From an uncultured delta proteobacterium (GTDB lineage: Bacteria; Desulfobacterota; Binatia; Binatales; Binataceae): DNA of 64,000 bases. The translations under genes were made by a program, and so were the position numbers. How positions within the stretch are numbered: the stretch's first letter is position 1; every line of letters starts with the position of its first letter. Below the pieces are notes generated by a model that searched no databases, was not told the origin of the DNA, and saw nothing but the letters and a program-made list of their open reading frames with translations. Shown one piece after another: positions 1 to 9,259 of the stretch. The stretch is from contig CAVRVY010000003.1 of NCBI GenBank assembly GCA_963724765.1, forward strand, positions 1,280,001-1,344,000, written 5' to 3'.

Positions 1-2
1 AG

Positions 3-119
3 CTGACCCGCTTCGTCGATCAATGCATGGCCGAGTACGATCTGGACGGATGGAAAGTGCCGGACCTGATCAATCCCACTGACGTGAACGTGATCATGAA
101 GAAGCCGAAGCATGGATGA
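3..119 (+). CDS. C-terminal end of a 4-hydroxyphenylacetate 3-monooxygenase (HpaB-like) oxygenase component, truncated by the window edge
   Basis: Manual translation [38 protein letters not shown] resembles the HpaB C-terminus (..VDRCLSEYDxxGW.VP.L..); its TGA overlaps the next ATG (ATGA). Confidence 0.65.
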   Translation: MTRFVDQCMAEYDLDGWKVPDLINPTDVNVIMKKPKHG

Positions 120-1047
120 AGCCGGCAGGTCGTGGCGGCAGCGCGGCGATGAAATATCACGACGGAGAAATCGCTGTACAGACGAAGGCCGGGGTGCGCC
201 ATCAGGCCGAGAAGCTGGCCGCGCTAATCGGCGGCTCGCTCTCACCTGACCGGCAAGGGTTTGTCGCCGCTCAGCGCTTCGCCGTGCTGGGAACAGCGGA
301 TTGGCGCGGCCGCGTATGGGCCTCGGTCGTTACGGGAGAAGCGGGATTCCTGCAGGCGCTCGACGAGCAGACGATTCGGATCGCGGCCGTTCCGGCCGCC
401 GGCGATCCGCTGCTTGAAAATCTCGCGCGACCGGCACACGCCGCGTTGATTATTCCCGATCTCGCCGCGCGGCGCAGGCTCCGGCTGAATGGGCGCGGTC
501 AAATTACGGACGGCGCAATCGAGATTCGCGCGGAGAGGTCTACGGCAACTGCTCGCACTACATTCAGGCTCGCGCGCCGATCGGCGAGCACGAATGGCGG
601 CCGGGCGCCGATGCGGCTGCCGCGCGAGCAACCGAGCTTTCAGCAGAACATCAACGGCTGATCGCGCGCGCCGACACGTTTTTCATCGCGACCGACCATC
701 CTGAATCCGGCGCCGACATATCGCATCGCGGCGGCAATCCCGGTTTCGTGCGGATCGCCGACAGCCGCCGCCTCGCGATTCCCGATTACTCGGGCAACAA
801 CATGTTCAACACGCTCGGCAATATCGTCGCCAACTCGCGCGTCGGGATGCTTTTTATCGGCTTCGAGAGCGGACGAACGCTCCAGCTCACTGGACGCGCG
901 ACGATCGATTGGGACTCCGCGCGCGCGGCGACGCTGGCCGGTGCCGAACGGATCCTTGATTTCGAACTCGACGAGGCAATCGACAATCCGCATGGATTCC
1001 CACTGCGCTACGAGTTCCACGGGTATTCGCACTTCAATCCGTTGTAG
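116..1047 (+). pseudogene. Two-domain pyridoxamine 5'-phosphate oxidase-like FMN-binding protein, frameshifted at ~535
   Basis: Frame 1 reads YHDGE..RRRLRLNGRG..EIRAE; a second frame continues EVYGNCSHYIQAR..ADTFFIAT..DISHRGGNPGFV..PDYSGNNMFNTLGN. One base is missing at gag^aggtc. Confidence 0.8.
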
Positions 1048-1079
1048 CGCGATGCCGCTCGGCGGGGCCGACTAAGAAA

Positions 1080-1105
1080 AGCGGCGGGACGAGCGTCCCG
1101 CCGCT
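1080..1105 (-). terminator. Intrinsic terminator of the MBL-hydrolase gene
   Basis: agcggcgggac-gagc-gtcccgccgct perfect 11-bp stem with a T-rich tail on the minus strand, between convergent genes. Confidence 0.7.
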
Positions 1106-1133
1106 GCCAATTCCATTCCAGGCCGCGCTGCGT

Positions 1134-1985
1134 CTACGGCTCGAAGCGAAACGCTCCGCCGCGGCGCACTATATGGCCCGAGGTCGGGCCGGAGAAATGC
1201 GTGCCGATAACGTGCACCGGCTGGTCGCAATAGCGCTCGACGAATTTCCTGCGCGTGTCGGAGGCCATCGCCGGGTCGGTGTCGAATTCGCAGACCCACT
1301 CCGGATGGGCGACCTGGATCGGATGGTGGATCATGTCGCCGGTTATCACTGCGTTCTCGCCGCGCGAGGAGATTCGCACGCTGGTATGGCCGGGAGTATG
1401 GCCCGGGGTGGGCTCGAGCCAGACTTCGCCGGTCAGTTTGCGCGCCGGCTCGACCAGCTCGGCGAGTCCCGCCTCGATCACCGGACGCACCGAGTCCTCG
1501 ATCGGCTTCTGGAAGTCGGGGCTGCCGTCGTATTTCGACCAGTGATCCCATTCGCGCGAGCACATCATGTACTTCGCCTTGGGAAAGGTCGGCACCCAGC
1601 GCCCGTTGACCAGCATCGTGTTCCATCCGACGTGATCGAGATGGAGGTGCGTGCAGATGACGGTGTCCACCGATTCGCGCGAGACCCCCGCCTTCTCCAT
1701 GTCGGCCAGGAAGGGCGTGTGCAGGTTGTTGAAATCCGCAAAGCCCGGACGCGGCTTGTCGTTGCCGACGCAGGTGTCGACCAAGATGCGGCGGCCCTCG
1801 GACTCCACGAGCAGGGCATGAATGCTGAGGAGAATTTTGCCGCTCTCGTCGATAAAGGGGTTAAGCCATTCGCGTTCATGCTGAAGCGCATCGACCGTCG
1901 CATTGGCCGTGATCATCGTGCCGGGCCAGTGCGGCTCCTGTTCGCGAAGCAGCGTGACTTTGACGTCGCCAATTTGCCAATGCAT
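1134..1985 (-). CDS. MBL-fold metallo-hydrolase (YtnP/AHL-lactonase-like)
   Basis: THLHLDHVG motif, PGHTPGH, GDMIH; GGAGG RBS upstream of ATG 1985. Confidence 0.9.
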   Translation of the reverse strand: MHWQIGDVKVTLLREQEPHWPGTMITANATVDALQHEREWLNPFIDESGKILLSIHALLVESEGRRILVDTCVGNDKPRPGFADFNNLHTPFLADMEKAGVSRESVDTVICTHLHLDHVGWNTMLVNGRWVPTFPKAKYMMCSREWDHWSKYDGSPDFQKPIEDSVRPVIEAGLAELVEPARKLTGEVWLEPTPGHTPGHTSVRISSRGENAVITGDMIHHPIQVAHPEWVCEFDTDPAMASDTRRKFVERYCDQPVHVIGTHFSGPTSGHIVRRGGAFRFEP

Positions 1986-1993
1986 AGGGGTAA

Positions 1994-2064
1994 CCTCCAC
2001 GGTTGTTAGGGCGCTACCTTAACCCGAGCGGCACGACGGCGGCAATCGAAATGCGCCAGCCTCC
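1994..2064. repeat. 71-bp exact direct repeat, copy 1 (contains the probable promoter and RBS of the MBL gene)
   Basis: cctccacggttgttagggcgctaccttaacccgagcggcacgacggcggcaatcgaaatgcgccagcctcc is identical to 5999-6069. Confidence 0.95.
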
Positions 2065-2647
2065 CGCGTCGCCCGAAGCTGGACCAAAGTCCGATTGTCT
2101 CGGTTACGTCTCACAGGCATCATTTGCGGGATCTGATTGCGCGAAGGCGCCGAGGTTGTGCCTTAATAGCCGATTCCGAAGGATTCCGCAGTGATAGAGA
2201 GCCGCAGAGCATCAGGGCTGCGTGTCGGCGCGCGAGTTGTCGCGCTCGTGTTCGTGTTCGTCGCGCTTGGCTTGTCGCGAGCAACGGCGCAGCCAGCACC
2301 CGCACCGCTCAGCGCGGATGAAGCTACGGCGATCGGGACCGACGCATATATCTTCGGCTATCCGCTCGTCACGATGGAGTACTCGCGGCGCGTTCTGACC
2401 AACGTCGCAGAGCCTGCCGCGACCAAAGCGCCGATGGGCGATCTCGCGAGGGTGCGGTCTTACCCGAACGCCTCTTTCCGCGATGTCACAGCTCCTAATG
2501 CCGGGAATAATATACTTGACTAATCCCGTGTGCTAGGCTGAACGGGACGTGACAGGCTGGCCGACAAACCGCGTTCGTGTCCACTCATTTACGTATTACA
2601 TGGTGATCTAAGTGATCTTTAATGATCTTTTAGAATGTCTTAAGTAG

Positions 2648-2676
2648 TTGACTCAAGCGTGGCAAGCCGTTACGCT
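2648..2676 (+). promoter_or_regulatory. sigma70-type promoter inside the IS cargo
   Basis: TTGACT-N17-TACGCT, preceded by three TGATCT repeats (2604, 2613, 2623). Confidence 0.55.
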
Positions 2677-2764
2677 AAGAGCGGTGGCAGGGTGGGCAAG
2701 GTCTTAATCGGGCGCGCAGGGAGGATGAGTGGGGCCGCATTTCACAATCCAATAAGAGAATAAG

Positions 2765-2801
2765 AAAAAAGCCCCTGTCATTTTGCCGATGGCAGGGGCT
2801 T
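2765..2801. terminator. Hairpin with flanking A-run; possible terminator for the minus-strand cargo transcript
   Basis: aaaaaa gcccctgtcat-tttgccg-atggcaggggctt. Confidence 0.5.
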
Positions 2802-3018
2802 GGGTGCCTGACTGGCAGGCCGGATCCGATTCAGAATTTAGCTTACCACCATAAAGGCAACCCTGCAACGGGCTCGTGTGGTCAGGCCGCGAGCCAACGG
2901 GAAAGGTGTGCCTTATGGCCTACGATACATCATAAAAAGACCGACGCCCCCGAAAGGGGGCGGATTGCTCACAGGCAACTCGCAAAATTTAACAGCATCA
3001 AATAGGAAGCAAAAACAA

Positions 3019-3192
3019 ATGCCTAAACCAGGCGAAGTTAATCAAGTGTCCGGAATTTACCGTTCTGACTGCTGCGGAGTGGAGCGGGCTGTTCCGGAGT
3101 ATCATAAATTTCCACCCTGCGATAAACGCGGATTTTCCTGTAAGGGTGCGAATGCGACGTGGACTCTTGTCCGTCGCACTCAGACGAAATGA
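3019..3192 (+). CDS. 57-aa Cys-rich small protein (zinc-ribbon-like), IS passenger
   Basis: AGGAAG RBS; MPKPGEVNQVSGIYRSDCCG..FPPC..C..WTLV pattern of small zinc-ribbon proteins. Confidence 0.6.
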   Translation: MPKPGEVNQVSGIYRSDCCGVERAVPEYHKFPPCDKRGFSCKGANATWTLVRRTQTK

Positions 3193-3553
3193 ATCGATGA
3201 ATAGAGTCTGAGCTATAACCGAACAGAAGCCCCCGTATCCAGTGAGCGTGTGTGCCATGGATTGCGGGGGCTTCACCAAAAAGATGAAGCAGGCCAGCAA
3301 TGGCCCACTCGTACCGGTAAAACCCGAATCGCCACCAATCGCCATCGCGCAGAACGAATCCATAGACTTCCGATTCTCCCGCGATATCGATGCAACGATT
3401 CAAATCGTCTGAAAGACTTTCAATTTTTTCGGCGCTTAAAACGCGCCCGCCAATTTCGATGATAGGTTTGCCACCGCGCGCAACCCATTCAATTGCGGTA
3501 ACGGCGTGGCCAGTCTCATACTCTGTCAGGATCAGAAGGTCATGTAACGCCAC
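3038..3553 (-). CDS. Hypothetical protein, IS passenger
   Basis: 171-aa ORF whose start overlaps the end of the upstream small ORF; globular composition with a HWIRGLLFGYS segment. Confidence 0.55.
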   Translation of the reverse strand: MALHDLLILTEYETGHAVTAIEWVARGGKPIIEIGGRVLSAEKIESLSDDLNRCIDIAGESEVYGFVLRDGDWWRFGFYRYEWAIAGLLHLFGEAPAIHGTHAHWIRGLLFGYSSDSIHRFISSECDGQESTSHSHPYRKIRVYRRVEIYDTPEQPAPLRSSQNGKFRTLD

Positions 3554-3713
3554 GTTTCTTTCTCTTGGATTTCGTCAGCTGTTCCGCAAGTTCATGTTTG
3601 GGTACAGCAACCAACGCGCGCATGGCTTTCGCGAACCGCTGAAATGCTGATTCTGGTGGTTGTTCGTCAGGCCGTGCTTCGTGCGTGACGTGCGTGACGG
3701 CTGAATCCTTCAT
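3540..3713 (-). CDS. 57-aa small protein immediately downstream of the transposase (absent from the ORF track)
   Basis: Manual translation MKDSAVTHVTHEARPDEQPPESAFQRFAKAMRALVAVPKHELAEQLTKSKRKKRGVT*; extended -10 TGaTAGACT 6 nt before the ATG. Confidence 0.6.
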   Translation of the reverse strand: MKDSAVTHVTHEARPDEQPPESAFQRFAKAMRALVAVPKHELAEQLTKSKRKKRGVT

Positions 3714-3752
3714 AACTTCAGTCTATCACGTTTTGGTCGCGTCAGTCTGCCT

Positions 3753-4721
3753 CTACTCTGCCGGAGTCGATGAGGGCTCAAACGCTGGCGCGCCGCCGCC
3801 GATAAGCTCTTTGTACGTCAAGCGCCGTCCTGTCACGTTGCCGAGCGCCTGAACAAAGCGCGCCGCATCCGTGCCCTTGCGCTCGTTGAATCGGAACGCC
3901 TGCTCATCGAGATAGCGGAACAGATGGAACGGCTCGACGCTGATGTAGGTTCCTTTGAGGCCGCGTTTTAGGCAGGACCAAAAGTTTTCGATTCGATTCG
4001 TGTGAACGTTGCCCTTAACGTAGGCTTCCGTGTGATTGATAACCTGATGAACATACTCACGGTCTAGGCCGTTGTACGCGACCCATTCATCGGTGAACAC
4101 TTCCGAACCGGCTTCAACGTGCTGGCGGATTTCATCCTGTAGCGTCCGGCGCTGAGTATTCGGAACATGCTTGATGCGGACTTTGCCGCTGTTGCGGTCG
4201 AGGATGCCCATCACAATCGCTTTACCGGCCCCGCCCGTGCCCCCGATTTTTCTTGCGCGATCTGCCTTGTGCATGAATCGGGCGAGGCCACCGATAAAAG
4301 TTTCGTCGGCTTCCACCTGACCGCTGACTTTCTCAAATGTTCCGGTCTGCATTGCCTTGCGAATCCGATGAAGCATAAACCATGCGGTCTTTTGTGTCAC
4401 GTCGAGATCGCGTGCAACTTCATAGCTGCTAATCCCGTTCTTGCAATTGACCAACAGCCAGACAGCCGGAAGCCACTTGTCGAGACCGATGGGCGAATCC
4501 TCAAAGATGGTTCCAACCTTAACGGAGAACTGACGCTTCGGATGCTTTGAACTGCATTGCCAGCGGCTTTGATTGGCAAGGAAGCCAACCTTATCACTTC
4601 CGCATGTCGGACACTTGATGCCGTCCGGCCAGCGGATAGTCGCCATAAACTCGCGGCAGTTATCGGCGTTCTTAAAGAACCGAACCGCGTCGATCAACGT
4701 TCTCGGTATTCCTGCGTCCAT
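3753..4721 (-). CDS. IS1595-family transposase
   Basis: N-terminal zinc ribbon CPTC..QFSVKVGTIFE, TAWFMLHRIR, EADET, FTDE, HTNRIENFW, YLDEQAFRFN. Confidence 0.95.
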   Translation of the reverse strand: MDAGIPRTLIDAVRFFKNADNCREFMATIRWPDGIKCPTCGSDKVGFLANQSRWQCSSKHPKRQFSVKVGTIFEDSPIGLDKWLPAVWLLVNCKNGISSYEVARDLDVTQKTAWFMLHRIRKAMQTGTFEKVSGQVEADETFIGGLARFMHKADRARKIGGTGGAGKAIVMGILDRNSGKVRIKHVPNTQRRTLQDEIRQHVEAGSEVFTDEWVAYNGLDREYVHQVINHTEAYVKGNVHTNRIENFWSCLKRGLKGTYISVEPFHLFRYLDEQAFRFNERKGTDAARFVQALGNVTGRRLTYKELIGGGAPAFEPSSTPAE

Positions 4722-4727
4722 GTCAGA

Positions 4728-4756
4728 ATCATAGCGAACGAGCGAGGATTAGTCAA
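4728..4756 (-). promoter_or_regulatory. Transposase promoter with its -35 inside the TIR; probably a leaderless mRNA
   Basis: TTGACT-N17-TATGAT-6 nt-ATG(4721), no RBS. Confidence 0.7.
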
Positions 4757-5998
4757 GTATATTATTCCCCTAATGCCGACACTCTCTACACCTTCGCGTG
4801 GCTCGATCTCAGCAAGGAGCCATACGTGCTCAGCATTCCGGATGCGCATGGACGTTATTACCTGTTTCCGATGCTCGACGCGTGGACGACCGTGTTCCAG
4901 GTCCCCGGCAAGCGCACGACAGGCACTGGTCCGCAGACCTATGCGATCACCGGTCCCGGATGGTCGGGCACGCTTCCCGCTGGCGTGACCGAGTACAAGT
5001 CGCCGACCAACCTCGTCTGGATTCTTGGACGCATCTACTGCACCGGCACGCCGAAAGATTATAAGGCAGTGCATGCGTTGCAGGACAAAATCACGCTCGT
5101 CCCGCTCAGCTCGTACGGCAAGCCGTACACGCCGGCGGCTGGAACGGTCGATCCGAACATCGACGTGAAAACTGCGGTGCGAGCCCAGGTGAATGCGCTC
5201 GACATCGCGGCGTACTTCAACCTGATGGCGCAGTTGATGAAAGATAACCCGCCCACCGCGGAGGATGCGCCGATGATGGCGCGGATGGCGAAGATCGGAA
5301 TCGTGCCGGGGAAGGCGTTCGATATGACAAAGCTCTCACCCGATGCGCAACAGGCGCTAAAGGCTGTTCCCAAGGCCGCCGTCGCCAGGGTTATGGGCTA
5401 CTTCAAGGACGCTGGTAAGCGCGAAAATAGCTGGACGTTCCTTACCAAGACAGGAATCTATGGAACCGACTATCTCAATCGCGCTTTTGTCACCGCGATT
5501 GGTCTTGGCGCGAACCGTCCGCAGGACGCGGTCTATCCAACCTCTGAGATGGATGCCGGGGGAAAACCCTACTCGGGCGCCAACAAGTACGTCACGCGTT
5601 TCGACAAGGGAAAGTTGCCTCCCGCGGAGGGCTTCTGGTCGATGACGATGTACGACGCGAATTATTTCTTCGTGAATAATCCGCTCAATCGCTATACCAT
5701 CAGCGCGCGCAACAAGCTGAAGCAAAATGCCGACGGGTCTATCGACCTGTACATGCAGCACGAAAATCCCGGCAAGGACAAGGAATCCAACTGGCTGCCC
5801 GCTCCCGCAGGCAAGTTCGTTCTGATGCTGCGGATGTACTGGCCCAAGGAGACTCCGCCCTCGCTGCTGGACGGGACGTGGACGATACCGGGGGTGAAGC
5901 AGGCGTCGTAGTCAGCTCGGCGGGTTTCGAACAAGCTGGGAGGAAGGTCTCAACGGCCGCCGGCGCTACGCGGCGGCACCGCCGCTCACCAGGAGTAG

Positions 5999-6069
5999 CC
6001 TCCACGGTTGTTAGGGCGCTACCTTAACCCGAGCGGCACGACGGCGGCAATCGAAATGCGCCAGCCTCC
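5999..6069. repeat. 71-bp exact direct repeat, copy 2
   Basis: Identical to 1994-2064. Confidence 0.95.
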
Positions 6070-6219
6070 GCACCGGACCGGGAAGCGCCCTACCAGGATC
6101 TCAGAGCCTGCTGATCGCGTCGAAGCGGTCTCAATAGGCCGCTCTAAGAGCGGACGGTCCTGGTCAGCTCCGCCGAAAACGTAGTAGGTCAGAACTACTC
6201 TACAAATGCCGGGGGAAAT

Positions 6220-7692
6220 ATGTGGTCCGACAAACTGCTTGGCGCGATCTTAGAGCAGCGTTATTCGAATACATGGCCGGAAAAGTTCAAAGCAGGCTTC
6301 GAGGCTCTTTTCGGTAGCGACGGTGGCCGTTATCCAGATAGCGCGAAACGCCAAGTGACGCTGCGCGCGCCCGCGCCTTCGGAAGATAGCGAGGGAATCA
6401 TACCATTTGCCGCGCTCATTCATCCGAGCAATCCCAGTTCGGGACCCTACGGTGGAACCTCGCTTGCTGTTTTCCCGGGCGATGACACGCCTTGTCTGAT
6501 CTCGCTTGTGGTCGGGACCAACGGACTTGCGCCGGACGAAGGGATTTTGGGGCGCCCCGGACACGCGCGCAAGGCAGAGGCAATTTGTGCATGGCTGAAC
6601 AGCGGGAGACGAAAACGCGTCGCGTGGTCGAAGCACGATCCGACTCGCTTGGATCAACGTATTCCGGCCGAGGTGGCCGAGGAGTTTGGGAAATACTCGG
6701 GGGCGATAGGAAAGTACGGTCACGTTCTCTATGCCATCTACGCACCAGAGGCCGACAAGAGCCAGACGTTGGAAGCGCTAACCGCATTTCTGGACTTCAT
6801 GTTTGATGAGCGGGGCGTTCATCCGCTCTCGCGCTTTGAAGCAGATGCCCGTGAGATTCGGACGCGCTGGTTTCACCACCTGATGCCTCACGTTTCAAAC
6901 GACCAAGTCGCTGAACTTCTGAACGAACGGCATTACGTGATTTTGCAGGGTCCCCCTGGAACGGGTAAGACCCACATGGCACGCGAGTTGATCACGACGG
7001 ATTACCAAAACCGCGGCAGGACCATTCAATTTCACGCGAACACGACTTACGAGAACTTCGTCGGCGGGTTGGCCCCAATAACCTCGTCCGACAGTCTCGG
7101 ATTTCAATTTGCCCCGCAGAAGGGTTTCCTGACCCTAGCCGCTGAACAAGCGCGCGCTTCGAGCGGAAAGTATCTGCTGCATGTCGATGAGATAAATCGA
7201 GCTGATTTGTCGAAGGTCCTCGGCGAGGCAATCTATTTGCTTGAGCCCGACGCGTTGGACGGGCGCGTCATCAACTTGCCTTACAAATTCGAACCACCGA
7301 CCGGAGATCGCCTCTCGCTGCCAGACAACTTGCACATACTTGGCACTATGAATACTTCGGATCGCAGTCTCGCGATCGTGGACATCGCGATTCGGCGACG
7401 GTTTGCGTTCGCAAAGCTCTGGCCGCAGATATCGGTGGTTGAGCGCGAGGGCTGCGACCTCATGAAGCAGGCGTTTCAAGCACTGCTCACCATTTTTGTC
7501 GACCACGCCACCGAAGACGCGATGGACCTGGTCCCAGGTCATTCGTATTTCTTGGAGTCGAACGAACCAAAGGCGCGAAGGCGACTAAAGACCACGCTGA
7601 AACCACTGCTGGAGGACTATCTCACACAGGGGTACGTCTCATCGTTCGCGGAAGCCGTGCGCGCGTACCTGCAATGGATCGATTCGCTGTGA
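6220..7692 (+). CDS. mcrB: McrB-family AAA+ GTPase (type IV restriction)
   Basis: Walker A GPPGTGKT, QFH..TYENFV, Walker B VDEINRA, McrB signature MNTSDRS, IRRRF. Confidence 0.88.
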   Translation: MWSDKLLGAILEQRYSNTWPEKFKAGFEALFGSDGGRYPDSAKRQVTLRAPAPSEDSEGIIPFAALIHPSNPSSGPYGGTSLAVFPGDDTPCLISLVVGTNGLAPDEGILGRPGHARKAEAICAWLNSGRRKRVAWSKHDPTRLDQRIPAEVAEEFGKYSGAIGKYGHVLYAIYAPEADKSQTLEALTAFLDFMFDERGVHPLSRFEADAREIRTRWFHHLMPHVSNDQVAELLNERHYVILQGPPGTGKTHMARELITTDYQNRGRTIQFHANTTYENFVGGLAPITSSDSLGFQFAPQKGFLTLAAEQARASSGKYLLHVDEINRADLSKVLGEAIYLLEPDALDGRVINLPYKFEPPTGDRLSLPDNLHILGTMNTSDRSLAIVDIAIRRRFAFAKLWPQISVVEREGCDLMKQAFQALLTIFVDHATEDAMDLVPGHSYFLESNEPKARRRLKTTLKPLLEDYLTQGYVSSFAEAVRAYLQWIDSL

Positions 7693-9176
7693 GCGCCGTC
7701 GCCAAGAAGGGGCGCCGTTGGCGGCGCCGCGAAGCCTATTCGCCGGCGGAGCCAACAACGCAGGTGGAGCAGCGATGCCTGGAGGCGAACGACTCTACGG
7801 TGACCCGGCTTCCAGCGCGGTTTCTCCTCCGTGGTCAACCGTCTCGCGACCCCTCGTCGCAGATCGCGCGGCTCGCCGATCAGCTGGTAGACCTGAATCA
7901 GGATGCGCTCCGCCAACTCGATCTAATCGTGGAACCGCACTATCGGAACTCGACCATTGAACTGGACATTCACGCCGGGACGCGCATCGGAGCGATTCCG
8001 CTGATTTCTCCAACTAGCGGACGTCACGATTATGGATTGGTGGTTCGCCCTCGCTTCGACTGGCCCGGTATCGGCCCGATCCTCGGAGCAACAGGCTGGC
8101 GAGTGATTCCCGCGCCGCTGTCGATGCCGTTGTTACCGCGCTCCGAGCGCCGCGTGCCCCCGTGGGTGCTATCGACGATTGTGGTGTTTCGTCTGAAGAG
8201 ACTCCTCGATCAATTGGATCGGCGCTTCGAGATCACTAAAGAGGAGCGCTCATCCCCGCGGGGCACAATTGACTGGGGCCGGTATCTTCATCACCAAATC
8301 AGCCGCGCCCGGTTCCTCAAGGTCCCGTGCAGTTTTCCGGCACTGCAGAAGGATCGAGATTTGCGCGCCGCAATTCGTTTCGCTCTGGAGAAGCAATTGC
8401 GCTCGCTTGAGTCGCAGCGGCTCGCGGGCTTTTTTGTCCGCGAGCTAATCGAAATGTGTCGAGGTCTGATCGATCAAGTTCGAGACGTCAGTGCACGTGA
8501 ACCGCTGCCGACGACTTTTCAAGTCTGGCAACGAGGCACTCTGCGCACCGATGTATTTCATCGCGGCGTCGAGGCGATTGAATGGACCGCTGAAGAACGA
8601 GGGCTTGCGGGGACGAGCGACCTCCAAGGGTTACCTTGGGCGATGTCCATGGAGCAATTCTTCGAGGCTTGGGTGGAGACACTCATGTCGCATGTTGCCC
8701 GTCGAATCGGTGGTATAGTACGAAGCGGTCGTGAGCGTCAGACGGTGGTACCGCTCAATTGGGATCCTCCTTACCTGGGCTCTCAGAAGTCTCTGGTTCC
8801 GGATGTTGTGATCGAACGCGACGACGTCACGGTAATCGTCGACGCGAAATATAAAGAACACTGGGAGGAAATGCAGAGGCGGCGGTGGACCGATCTAGAA
8901 GAAGAGCTGCGCGAACGTCACCGTGCAGATCTTCTGCAGGTGCTCGCCTATTCGACAGTTGCGCAGAAGCCTAAAGTTCTGGTGTGTCTGGCTTATCCGT
9001 GTAGCGAAGAGCGCTGGCTATCGCTTCAGACTCGCAATCTCCTGCTCCATAGAGCGTCGCTGCCTCTGACACAGAGACGCGTTGACTTGGTTCTGGTCGC
9101 TTTTCCACTTTCGACGCGGCTCATAAGCCAAGCTGTTACGTTGATGGCGGAAGAGATCCGTCGTGTGACAGCCTAG
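7689..9176 (+). CDS. mcrC: McrC-family PD-(D/E)XK nuclease
   Basis: Coupled to mcrB (GTGA overlap); SPRGTIDW, MEQFFE, LVPDVVI..IVDAKYK, DLLQVLAY. Confidence 0.85.
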   Translation: MSAVAKKGRRWRRREAYSPAEPTTQVEQRCLEANDSTVTRLPARFLLRGQPSRDPSSQIARLADQLVDLNQDALRQLDLIVEPHYRNSTIELDIHAGTRIGAIPLISPTSGRHDYGLVVRPRFDWPGIGPILGATGWRVIPAPLSMPLLPRSERRVPPWVLSTIVVFRLKRLLDQLDRRFEITKEERSSPRGTIDWGRYLHHQISRARFLKVPCSFPALQKDRDLRAAIRFALEKQLRSLESQRLAGFFVRELIEMCRGLIDQVRDVSAREPLPTTFQVWQRGTLRTDVFHRGVEAIEWTAEERGLAGTSDLQGLPWAMSMEQFFEAWVETLMSHVARRIGGIVRSGRERQTVVPLNWDPPYLGSQKSLVPDVVIERDDVTVIVDAKYKEHWEEMQRRRWTDLEEELRERHRADLLQVLAYSTVAQKPKVLVCLAYPCSEERWLSLQTRNLLLHRASLPLTQRRVDLVLVAFPLSTRLISQAVTLMAEEIRRVTA

Positions 9177-9259
9177 GGACTGCATTTATTTGTTCGGCGG
9201 GCTACGCATACCGTGATTGATGTTAGCCGCACTATCGCGTCGTCACCGCTCCAGATATG

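Larger units (their letters stand above)
2503..4769 (-). mobile_element. IS1595-family insertion sequence with passenger genes (tIS), 2267 bp
   Basis: Perfect 24-bp TIRs gggaataatatacttgactaatcc (2503-2526, 4746-4769); 8-bp TSD ctaatgcc (2495-2502, 4770-4777); internal transposase. Confidence 0.95.
2191..5911 (+). pseudogene. Secreted DUF1254/DUF1214-domain protein interrupted by the IS1595-family element
   Basis: Signal peptide and AYIFGYPLV. Joining 2502 to 4778 restores in-frame FRDVTAPNA-DTLYTFAWLDLSKEP..RYYLFPMLDAW..GFWSMTMY..NWLPAP..LRMYWP. Confidence 0.9.

Noticed and set aside
9173-9192. ctagggactgcatttatt resembling an IS end
   Set aside because: No partner inverted repeat or transposase found.
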